The notes beneath the pieces were generated by a model that searched no databases, was not told where the DNA came from, and saw only the letters and a program-made list of their open reading frames with translations. 64,000 bases of DNA, from positions 372,001-436,000 of the forward strand of contig RHPI01001132.1 in assembly GCA_009103225.1 (NCBI GenBank), in the 5' to 3' direction. Both the position numbers and the translations under genes were made by a program. This document shows positions 13,309 to 23,881 of the stretch, in pieces (positions within the stretch are counted from its first letter, which is position 1; each line of letters begins with the position of its first letter). This stretch comes from Chlorokybus atmophyticus. Its lineage: Eukaryota > Plantae > Mesostigma and Chlorokybus algae.

Positions 13309-14820
13309 GTGGGCACTAATGGCACGAAAACGGGATAGGGACACTCCCACGCCGTCACGCGTACAACCATCAAGACGTGCGCGCAGGGAAGCTGGCGCGT
13401 CGTCGACAGCGGCATTGTCGGACGCCACAAGTGGTGCTGCCTCGGCAGCCACAACCACTGCTGGGACGACGCCGTCGACGACACCGTCGGCGTCCACACC
13501 GACCACGACAGCAGGTGTCAGCACTCTTGGCACCACGCTGTCCCCGGTGATGGAAAGCACCCACGCCGCAACAACCATGGTCGTCGGGTTCGAGGGTGGT
13601 GAATCCACCACTCCTGCCTCCATTGAAGCGACCACATCGGCCGCAACTGCTGCCACCCTCACAGCCGCCACCTCAGTAACGATGGCTGCTGCCGGTGCCA
13701 CCACCATCGCCTCCAGTAGTGCTGCCACACCCACTGCACCACTTCCTAAGATTTGAACGGCACCGCCACCAGCACTTGACGTCACACAGCAAGTGCCACG
13801 CGGACCACAAGCAGAACGCGCCTGGGCGTCGGTTCTACGCAACGTGGAGCCCACCACCATTGCGTGCGGACCAGGGGGGCAACGCACCACGCGCGTGGCA
13901 CGCAATGATCGCATCTTGCCCCTACCACCTCCAGAGTACCACACGCTGCCAGAACCCACACAACAGCAGCTGGAGGATGAAATCCTCGCCGGCACTGCAC
14001 CAGAGATGAGGGATCATCTCTTCGGGGTCACCTACCGGCGACCTGCAGTGTTAGAACTGGCCATTTAGTTGTTCTTCGCATTACACGCACGATTGCAGGG
14101 TGCACCCAATCAAACGCGGCAACCCATGCCCGCTCAGCAGATCGACTTCGAGCCCTCGCCACTGGACCCACTTGGACTCCAGCGCCACAAATACAAGACC
14201 TCGTGGTCACCATGTCAGACATCGCGCTGGGCGCTGATCCCGCTCTCCGGGGGCTCACTCCAGGCAGTCGTCAAGAGCGTTTCTCTGCCCTCGACCAGGC
14301 ACATCGTTATCAGGTGGACCAAGCTGCCCAAGTGGACGCGCGCCGACAGGCGTATGAAGCAGCACACGCCGTTATCGTACCAACCGTAGCTCTGGCAAAT
14401 GTTGCCAGCGCCTCCACGGCGCTGACCACAGGGTACTCCACGGCAGTCGCCATCGAACACCCAAGACAAGCAACTGTTGCAGACCAAGCAAGGGCGTTGG
14501 CGCAACAATTGAGGGGGGTAATCGCCCCGCTGCTGCCTCCTTTGGTCGGCGCTCGGACGCAAGTCGCTGCTGGTGCCACGGCCCCGTGTCGAACCGTCGA
14601 CTCCTCTCCCACCCCGTACAACGAGGAGCAGGAGGATGCCACCATGGAAGTAGCATTGCAAGACCCAGCTGAACGGCGCTGGCGCGCACAGGTGGACGCA
14701 CACGTCTTGCTCAGCCATCCATTGATCACCACGCGCTTCCCCAACTACCGAAGCCACAACAAGGTGCAGGACCACCATATGGTGGCCACTGGAGTGGTGG
14801 AGTTCCACACCAGACGCAGG

Positions 14821-15957
14821 TAACAGATTCCATACTATTACTGCGACCCAGACCCACACGCGCAAACGGTCCTCAAGCACCACTTACGCCAACTGCACGA
14901 AAGGTATTCACGTCAACTACCCCTCTCGGCGTTGCAAGGCAGCCTCAAAGCATTGCCACAAGACATCCGGCTGATCACCGAAGATCACCTACTGTCCCTC
15001 GGCAACGTCGACCTATTAATAGCTGGGTGGGAATGTCAAGGGCACTCCAGGGCAAGCAAGGGACAAGGCCTCGAAAACCCTCGATCCGGGCTGTTTTGGG
15101 AGCTGATGAGAATCATCCACCTCCTTCAACACCACCAGATCTCCAGACCCCTGGGGTACGTCATCGAAAATGTACGTTCAAAGGACGACAAGCGTCCGCA
15201 CGCGGCCTCCAGCTACCGACAAGTTTGCTCCATTCTAGGGCACCCACTCAAGGTGAACGCTGCACGACATGGCTCGCGCGCACATCGTGTACGTGCCAAA
15301 TGGACAAACTTGGCCGCCGTGGAGGAACTCGTGGCCGCAGAGTACACGCGCAGCGCTCGGCCGCGCAACTTGCTGGTCGATGACATCCTTGACCCCGGCC
15401 GCAAAGCACAACCTGTCCTGCGTCATGATCACCACCACTTCTACCCGTGCAATCAGCCCGGTCAGCCCCGTCGCGCACTCCCCACATTGATGTCCTACCC
15501 GGGCTCCTACGCATTTCGGAACGGTGGTGACGGGATGATGTTTGATGCGACCACCAACAAGCTGGAGGAACCCAACGCACGCGAACGTGAACGCGCCATG
15601 GGATTCTTCCCCAACAGCATCACGGGTTCATCGCTGACAGATAGTCAGCAATGCCAGCTGCTTGGCCGCGCCATGGAGCAGAACAGCATGGTATGGCTGC
15701 TGGAGCTGAGCTTCGCATTGCAGGACCGCCACGTGTCCTTCGAGGATCTTGAACACTTGGCTGGGGGGTGGGCAAATCGCGTAGCCGATACCAAGGCAGC
15801 TCACACAGCCCTCGAGGTGGTCCACATGGAGGAGCAAGCAGCAGTGACAGTGGAGGACATTCCCGTGGTTGCCAATGCAACCTCCTGGGATCATGCCATT
15901 GGCCCGTTGGCCACAGAAGACACTCGAGAAAAGCTGGAGGCTCTCCTCAACAAATAA
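14821..15957 (+). pseudogene. Retrotransposon-encoded C5 cytosine DNA methyltransferase domain, DNMT3/DRM-like
   Basis: Motif II-like IPYYYCDPDPHAQTV, motif IV DLLIAGWECQGHS (catalytic Cys), motif VI YVIENV, motif VIII GSRAHRVRAKWTNL, motif IX EEPNARERERAMGF, motif X QLLGRAM. Same frame as the RT. Motif I (FxGxG) is not visible. Confidence 0.88.
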
Positions 15958-17685
15958 AGGAGCCAATCTCGCTTCAATGTGAAGGAATTGGGTACATGCT
16001 CAGTGTACCAGATGGACATCGAGCTGGTGGACACGGAGCCGGTGTTCCGGCGGCAATACAGGCTCTCCAAGTTGGAAGAGGACCTGGTGGAACAGAGATG
16101 TAAGGCGCTGCTTGATGCAGGCCTTATCGAAGAGTCCACATCGGACTTCGCGGCAACAACCGTCATGCCACTGAAGAAGGATTCAGCAGGCAACTGGACA
16201 GAGCGACGCATGTGTGGCGACTATCGCCCCCTCAACAACAAGACCAAGCAAGACCGGTACCCCATGCCCACAGCAGAGGGTATCTTTGATGATGTGGGAG
16301 ACTGCACAGTCTTCAGCATCCTGGACATGCGTCAAGGGTACAACCAAATCGCCATTCAGGACGAGGACAAGCACAAGACCTCCTTCTGGGGCAACCGACA
16401 GTTGTACCAATGGAAGGTAATGCCGTTCGGGCTGAAGAATGCCCCCGCCAAGTTTCAATGCGTCATGGACAAGGCCTTGAAGGGGCTGGACTGCGCGCGG
16501 TGCTACATCGATGACATCCTCATCTTCAGCCGCAGCAACGAGGAGCATCTTCAGCACATCGAAGCGGTGCTGGAACGACTCAAGGGAGTGGGGATGACCG
16601 TACACCCCGACAAGCGTACCTTCTTCACCCACAAGGTGCCGTAGTACTTAGGGCACATAATTGTGCCCCATGGTGTGTATGTGCAGCAGGCAAAAGTAGA
16701 GGCTCTGGCAGCTATCCCCGCCCCGACAGACCTCACACGTCTGCGCGCTTTCTTGGGACTTGCCAACTACTATCGCCGGTTCGTGAAGGACTTCGCGAAG
16801 ATCGCAAGGCCCCTCAACGAGCTACTGAAGAAGGAGGTGGAGTTCGCATGGAAGGAGCCGCAACAGCAGGCCTTCGAGGAGCTGAAGAGCAGGCTCACCA
16901 CCGCTCCCATCCTTCAACGTCCGGACTACGCCAAGCCTTTCATCCTTCACACCGACTGGAGCAAGCTGGGGATGGGAGCGGTGCTGGTGCAGCACGATGA
17001 GAACAAGAAGGAGCCGGTGGTGTCATACGCCAGCCGAAGCAACAACGTCGCCGAGGCCAACTACAGCAGCTACGAAGGGGAGTGCCTCGCTGCAGTGTGG
17101 GCCATCTCCTTCTTCCGACCTTTCCTCTTTGGTCGGCAGTTCCAACTGATCACCGATCATCACCCCCTCAAGTGGCTAATGACCAACCAACATCTGACAG
17201 GGAAACTTGCTCGATGGGCCCTGCTGTTGCAGGAATACGACTTCGAGATCGACCACCGCGCTGGCCTCACCAACCAAGACGCCGATGGCCTCAGTCGCAA
17301 TCCTCACCTCAGCACCAACGACGCAACTGGAGCTCGGCCTGAGCTCGTCCCTGCAGCAACAGCCCCCACCATGGCAGCCATGTTTGCTGCTGCCGCGTTG
17401 CGCTCAGGGCGCAAGACCAACACCACGGCCTCAGTAGTGGCAGAGGAAATTCTTGCCCTTGAGCCTATCGGCCCTGCGGCAACCACACCCTTGGGAGACG
17501 CCCACGCAGCCGACATTGACGTCGATAACACAGAGCTGGCGCCCACTGACACCAGGCAGGACATATGGCAGGACAAGCCATCACTCTCCTTTCTTCAAAG
17601 TGGCCAGCTTCCCTCCGGCATGAGCGCTCGAGAAAAAGACCGAGTCAACCGAAAAAAAAAAACAAAACGCACCCGTCACTATTGA
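15958..17685 (+). pseudogene. Pol reverse transcriptase and RNase H (in-frame stop at 16642)
   Basis: RRMCGDYRPLN, DMRQGYNQI, MPFGLKNAPAKFQ, CYIDDILIFS; RNase H PFILHTDWSKLGMGAVL, YEGECLAAVWAI, LITDHHPLKWL, QDADGLSR. Confidence 0.97.
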
Positions 17686-18705
17686 TGGGCAGGCGACAAG
17701 CTGTATCGCCGCTTCCAGGACGAAGATAAGGAAGTGGCGACACCGGTCACGCGCGAGGGCATCATCACTTCCCTCTACACTGAGCTTGGACACTTCGGTG
17801 TCAAGCGTACAGTCAGCCTAGTGAGGGCACAATATTGGTGGTATGGGTTAACAAAACAGGTGCAGGGGTTTGTCAGCCACTGCCAGCAGTGTGACATGGT
17901 GCGCGCCAGCCTCAACACGCGTAGCGCCACCTTGCACCCACTCCCCATCTCCGGTCTCTTTTACCGATGGGGACTCGACATCTTGGGGGACTTGGCACCC
18001 TCAGCGCGTGGCAACCGTTACATCCTGGTCATGATTGAGCACTTCTCCAAATGGGTGGAGCTGGTACCATTACCCGACAAGAGCAGCAGGGGGGTGTCTC
18101 AAGCCTTCCTCTCTCACGTTCTCAGCCGATTTGGCAGCTGCGCCGAGGTCATCACTGACCAAGGTACTGAGTTCAGAGGGGAATTCGACACCCTCTTGGA
18201 CAAATGTTACATCGACCACCGCCGTACCTCGCGTGATCACCCTCAAGCAGACGGCCTCGCCGAGCGTACAGTACAGACCATCGAGAAGGCACTCCGCAAG
18301 TACGTGCTGGAGTACGAGAAGAACACTTGGGATGATCACCTCCCGTGGGTGGCCCTCGGATATCGATTGTCAAAGCAGGCGGTTCTGCGGGAGTACAGCC
18401 CGTACTACCTGCTGTTCGGGCGACCACCATTGCTCCCCTTCCGCGCGCAGCAGGAGGTGGATCGCGTCGTGAACAACCTCGACGACCCTGACTGGATGCA
18501 CCACGACATCACCACGCGCGCCGCGCTTTTCGAGCGCACCATCCCCATGGCCTTCAACAACCTGCGCATCGCGCAGCATCGCGACACGCTGCGCTACGAG
18601 CGCGTATGCAGCGGCTTCTACAAGGAGCGCCAACGGAGGTTCCAAGCGGGGGACTTTGCCTATCGCATGGCAGCCACCAAAGGAGCGCGCTTGACACGCG
18701 CTTGA
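17686..18705 (+). pseudogene. Integrase (HHCC zinc domain and DDE core)
   Basis: GHFGVKRT...YWW...CQQC, WGLDILG, VITDQGTEF, PQADGLAERTVQTI. Confidence 0.96.
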
Positions 18706-18719
18706 CACGCGCTTGACAC
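18686..18719 (+). repeat. 11-bp unit (gcgcttgacac) x3
   Basis: Read directly. It creates the TGA at 18703-18705 that separates integrase from the PHD region. Confidence 0.95.
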
Positions 18720-19062
18720 CTCCGTAGGCCGCACCGTCTACAAGGTACTCAACGTGTACCCCACAGGGGTGCTGGACCTCCTTGGTCAAAACGGAGAGAG
18801 GTTGAAGGACAACATGGTGAACTGTGCGCCATGTCACCTTCCTTACGTAGCCGGCTTCGGGCGTATCCAGCACCCTCGTCCCGCGCGCAGCACACGCTGT
18901 GAACGCTGCGGCAGCGCCGGCGACGACGCATTCATGATGCTCTGCGATGGCTGCAACAAGGGCCTACATTGCTACTGCCCCGAGCCACCTCTGGACGCGA
19001 TACCTATGGAGGAGTATTGGTGCGACGATTGCCGTACCAACGGCCCTCCTCACTTGCGCTAG
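18706..19062 (+). pseudogene. Integrase C-terminal region ending in a PHD finger
   Basis: LDTSVGRTVYKV...NCAPCHLP, then CERCGSAGDDAFMMLCDGCNKGLHCYCPEPPLDAIPMEEYWCDDC (C4-H-C3). Same frame as the integrase. Confidence 0.9.
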
Positions 19063-20519
19063 CAGCTGAGGTCTGGAGCTGGAACCTCCCTCAGAGCCCA
19101 AGGGGGGGTGGCTTGTTGACTTTGTGTGCTACAGCACAACATGTACACTAGGGAGAACACCGACTCCACCTGCCCGTACTACCCAGCAGCAGCAGACCAG
19201 CTGCACAAAGCACTTGTCACCATGAGGGTTGGGGTCATCTTTTGCTTTTGCTGCACGTTGCACAGGTGGCGCAGCAGCATGTCCAGCACAGCATGGCTGT
19301 CCATGCAGCTGTCCGAGACAGCGTGACCCTCGACTCCCCTCGACCCGACACCCATGACAGCGAGACGACCAATGTAATGATGTAAGCCATCGTTGCTCTG
19401 CTGCCATTTGACTCCGCACCTATATTGTTTCGCTACGCTTGTCATGCTACCATGTGCTTTGCACAGTCTCACTATGTGCTTAAAATCATAGCAACAATGT
19501 TCATGGCGGGAGACATTGAGGAGCTTGCACACAAGTATGCACACGCACTGGCACATGCGTGCACTCATGCACACATCATGTGCACAATAATTGTCCTCGT
19601 ATTCGCACAAGCATGCCGGCGTGCAAACCACTCACATAGCTGCACTATATAAACATGCATATGCACACACACGCACCACTTGCAAGTAGACGCGCGCATG
19701 CTACTTCTACTTCATGCACAACACGCATGTAACTTGTTATTGAATTAGGCTTGATAGCGTTACTCATGTAATAGGTCTAAACATATCTTGTTACCATGCA
19801 GCAGTTGTTGAGCACACAGCCTAAAGCGGGATGCCAATGGCAGAAGAGGTGCGTGGCGGGTTTCGTCAAGGAGCCGGTGGGGGTGGAGTCGTATACAAAG
19901 CTCAGTATCGACATGTCTTATAACACTGTCTAGATTTGCATGTGGTGCTTGTGCTAGTTGGGTGGACATACGTATGTTCACTATATAAACATGTCGGTTA
20001 TGTACCGTTTGCCTAGCAGTAGGTAGGCCTGAGTGCTCAACACAGATATTATTGCACCGATTGCATATGTTATGGTAATCTGGACGGCATGCGCTATGCA
20101 TGGCTGGTTTGCAATCTATACTATGTATTTTCGAGTCTGAAGTAGCTTTTTATATGCACATTAAATGGGCACCGAAGGCATCTGAAGTCTATATGCAAAC
20201 ATCTATAAAGCAGTTGCCACAGTTTGGAAAAAAGGTGAATATTCCTTGACAATTGCGTCTAGGATCACATTATCAGCTTGTATATTTGGGCTGCTATTGT
20301 TTATGAATTAATTACCTATATCGGAAACACATTTGATTGTGTTATGAATACAAATGTTTTAACAATAAGCTATTATTGGCTATCCATAATAACCACACGG
20401 TTAACTGTGTTAGAGACACAAATGTCTTTGCATAGACATTTGTTTAAATATGTAAACAACTGTGTAAAATGCCGCAGACTTTTTATGCCAGTTGTTGGGG
20501 GAGGGAATGACAAAGCTTA

Positions 20520-21250
20520 AGCGTCCAAAGCGCTGCACGGTGGAGCGCAAGAACGGGAGGATCTTGGGACGGAAGCCCAGCAGCGTCACCCTGAACGGGG
20601 GGAGCGATCTTCATACAAATTGTAGATTTGCACCAAATGTCCACTGCAGAGGGGGAGAGCACGACGTTGCGCTTTCGTCCACACATGTGTGCCCCGGGAG
20701 ATCGAAGAGAAAACGCATCGAATCTCTTCCCCTACCAGCGTATACATAGACTGAAACAAGGTTCCGCCCATGCCATCAGCCTTCACGATATGCAACCATG
20801 CCAAGCGTGTGCTCGCGACCGGATTCATGGCAGGAGTGAAGGGAAATCGAAACACCAAAGCGCAGGATGCGAGAACATGCGTCCAATCATCATAGTGCGG
20901 GGGGTGCGCAGAAATAGCAAACTCATCTACAGTGTCCGGATAGTCTATTGTGTACAAGTCAAGCAGCACATGAAAATATGGAAAGGCACTCAAATGTATT
21001 CAGGGGGCCCCTTGCGGGGCCCCCAAAATACAGCCGGGAGAGGCGGTGAGCATGGCCGAAGCAAGTTTGGGAGCAGCGTTGCCCTTCACAATTTGCGTCC
21101 TGAGAACTCGCGTGCCCGGAGGCACGTGGGCAAGGGGGGCCCATGGAGCGGGCCACTTCCTTTGGAGAGGCATTATTTGCATCCAGCATCTCCTCCTGCT
21201 GACCCATCAGCGGAATTTCCTTCGCTCCCATCGCTAATCTCCAACTAGGG
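20520..21250 (-). pseudogene. 5' fragment (ORF1) of a second, divergent L1/Tx1-like LINE
   Basis: ORF 20586-20993 aligns with 8750-9283: YDDWTHVLASCALVFRFPFTP...RLAWLHIVKADG versus YVDWREALRSCTLIFTFVFTP...RIAWLQSVCADG. Confidence 0.7.
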
Positions 21251-21268
21251 AGAGCAGGGGGGGGGGGG

Positions 21269-21581
21269 NNNNNNNNNNNNNNNNNNNNNNNNNNNNNNNN
21301 NNNNNNNNNNNNNNNNNNNNNNNNNNNNNNNNNNNNNNNNNNNNNNNNNNNNNNNNNNNNNNNNNNNNNNNNNNNNNNNNNNNNNNNNNNNNNNNNNNNN
21401 NNNNNNNNNNNNNNNNNNNNNNNNNNNNNNNNNNNNNNNNNNNNNNNNNNNNNNNNNNNNNNNNNNNNNNNNNNNNNNNNNNNNNNNNNNNNNNNNNNNN
21501 NNNNNNNNNNNNNNNNNNNNNNNNNNNNNNNNNNNNNNNNNNNNNNNNNNNNNNNNNNNNNNNNNNNNNNNNNNNNNNNNN
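21269..21581. other. Assembly gap (N run)
   Basis: N bases following a poly-G tract. Confidence 1.
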
Positions 21582-21982
21582 NCCGCCGATCTTTCAATTT
21601 GCCGCCAACGACGCCCCCCCTCTCGCCGCCGCCGCCGCCTCTGTGTTTTAAACTCCACCCCCTTTTTACATTGGTAACTTCATAAAAGTTGCTAGAGCAA
21701 TGATTTATTGGTTTGTTACCGTGACTTATAGCTAAATCTCAGGTGATGCCCAGCGCTAGGCATGGGCTAGAGGTTTCTTGTGCAAGCTGGTACTTGTACT
21801 TGTACTCCAGGACATGTTGTCCTGGAGTCAGCAGGATTCCAAACAGGACCTCTCGATGCAGGTTCAGGAATTAGGTCTTTCCTTCGCGAAGGCGGCGGCA
21901 GCGTTGGCGGCGAGGCCCGTGGTGGCGTCTTCGGCGTCTTCGGCGTCACGGGCCTCACCGCCAACGCCGTGTCTCAGCAGAC

Positions 21983-23171
21983 ATGCGCCCACCGCAGAGA
22001 GGAGGGCGGGGTGGGTTTGGCGGGAGGGGAGGGGGCTTCGGCGGCAGGGGCGGCTTCGGTGGTAGAGGCGGCGGCAGGGGAGGCTTCAACAGAGGCTATG
22101 ATGACGGCCCGCCAGACACTGTTGTGGGTACGCTGTTGTCGTTGTCGTTGTTGCTGCTGTTGCCTCTGCTGGCTTGCTTGGCTGGGGGGGGATGAACCCT
22201 TTTTCCTGTGCACGTATTGACCGAGCTCGAAAAACCGAGCGTTGCGGATGTTAGGATCTGAGCCAAGCATGAAGCCAATCACTTGATGGAATTAAGTAAC
22301 TGTTCTGATCAAGTTGGTCTGAGATAGTGTTGTGTTGCATTCTTTCTTCAGATGTGGGCACATTCGTGCATGCGTGCGAGGGCGAGGCAGTGTGCCGGTT
22401 GACCAATGAGAAGATCCCTTATTTTAATGGACCCATTTACCTGGAAAATAAGACTCAAATAGGCAAGGTTGAGGAGATATTCGGCCCCATCAATGAAGCG
22501 GTAAAACGCCTCTTGAAACCCACTGTCGTGCTCATGTTCATGTTGATGAGGTCGTTGTCATGACACTTATGCTTGTGCACAGTTTTTCAGTGTGAAGATG
22601 CAAGAAGGCATTGTGGCCACATCATACGTTGCCGGCGACAAGTTCTTCATCAGCCCGGACAAGCTTCTGCCAATGGACCGCTTCCTACCAAAGCCTCCGT
22701 AAGTTACACATACGCAAACTCTGCATTACACGCCGGTCACTCTATGCGCATATGTAATGAACAACCCGAGTGTGTGGTTGACCCTTGTGACTGTACTTAC
22801 TGTTGTCTCCAACAGTGGCTCTGGTGGTGCTGGCGGCAGAGGCGGCGGGCGCGGAGGAGGTATGCATATTGCGAATTATTGGACTGCATGTCTTCAAGTA
22901 GTGGGCTTGCTCACACACATACATGTCAAACCACAGGTGACTTATTATCATATGTTGTTGCGCAGGGCGGGGACGAGGTGGACCACGTGGAGGCGGACGT
23001 GGCGGAGGATTCAGGGGAGGTGGTGGAGGCTTTAGGGGAGGAGGTGGTGGAGGGTTTAGGGGAGGAGGGGGAGGTGGTTTTAGAGGAGGGGGAGGAGGTG
23101 GATTCAGAGGGGGTGGGGGAGGTGGGTTTAGAGGACGGGGTGGTGGCGGGTTCAGGGGCCGAGGAGGTTAG
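21983..23171 (+). CDS. GAR1: H/ACA snoRNP subunit GAR1 (5 exons: 21983-22127, 22352-22500, 22583-22698, 22816-22859, 22966-23171)
   Basis: N- and C-terminal RGG/GGF repeats flank [68 protein letters not shown]. The GT-AG junctions are phase-consistent. Confidence 0.97.
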
Positions 23172-23881
23172 AGATAGGTTGAATAGGTCAGAGATAGCTA
23201 GTTGGCCAGATGGCGAGTTGGCCACTACTGCTGTGGATCTTTGTACAGCACTTGCATATGTGGCTTTCTGGTCTTCTGCACTGTAGAAAGTGTGGACGGT
23301 GCTCGTGTTAGTCACTGCATGCATCTTACTAGCGCTTACCCGGTTCGCACTGGCCAAGCTAAATGTCATGCATAGTGGCCAACACTAATCTTCATGCCAT
23401 GCGGTGTTGGCATGCCAGGAGGTTGAGGGTTGATGCGTTACGGTGTGGTGAACTGGCCACGCCTGCACACGCTGGTGCTTTTTTGCATACATGCACGCCT
23501 TTGGCAAGAATTGACAGGAGTGACATCAATACATCAGCAGAGGTAGACACCAGCAGACCTCATGCGTGCAACTATGTGCGATACCATGGGCTGCCAGTAC
23601 ATCTTTGTTACACTGTACAACAACCAGCACGCTCGCTACAAGTCGTGGTATCAATGCTCATGACAGTTGGCACAATGACACAGCCCTCCTGCTGCCTCCA
23701 CTGGACAGACACAATCCCAACCATGCCAGTCACTGACAGGCAATTCCGCTAAGTACTACGCACGGCGAGACATTACATCACACGTGGCTGCCTGACTGGA
23801 CTTTGTGCAAGCCACACTTGATTACAGGCAATTGGTCAACAATGTACACACAATACTCAACAACCAAGGCGAGTCCCTACT

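Larger units (their letters stand above)
11282..19400 (+). mobile_element. Ty3/Gypsy LTR retrotransposon carrying a C5 DNA methyltransferase and a PHD finger (mildly degenerate; LTR limits uncertain)
   Basis: Domain order Gag - MTase - RT - RNase H - IN - PHD. Polypurine tract AAGGGGGGG at ~19100-19108, followed by TGTTGAC at 19114. A matching 5' LTR could not be aligned. Confidence 0.9.

Noticed and set aside
14030-14210. Retroviral aspartic protease between Gag and the MTase
   Set aside because: No D(S/T)G motif was found in any frame I checked; only a vague DFEPSP resemblance.
12439-14883. Long minus-strand ORFs over gag and the spacer
   Set aside because: Antisense shadows of GC-rich and (AAC)n coding sequence, with no independent motifs.
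19760-20520. Short ORFs between the Gypsy element and the second LINE fragment
   Set aside because: No recognisable motifs; they could be LTR or intergenic sequence.
21780-21982. GAR-like GGGSVGGEARGGVFG frame upstream of GAR1 as an N-terminal extension
   Set aside because: GAR1 has a good ATG at 21983. The upstream stretch is probably GC-rich leader, and no evidence favours the longer frame.
22926-23369. 147-aa Ser/Pro/Thr-rich minus-strand ORF
   Set aside because: It is the antisense shadow of the GAR1 RGG exon.
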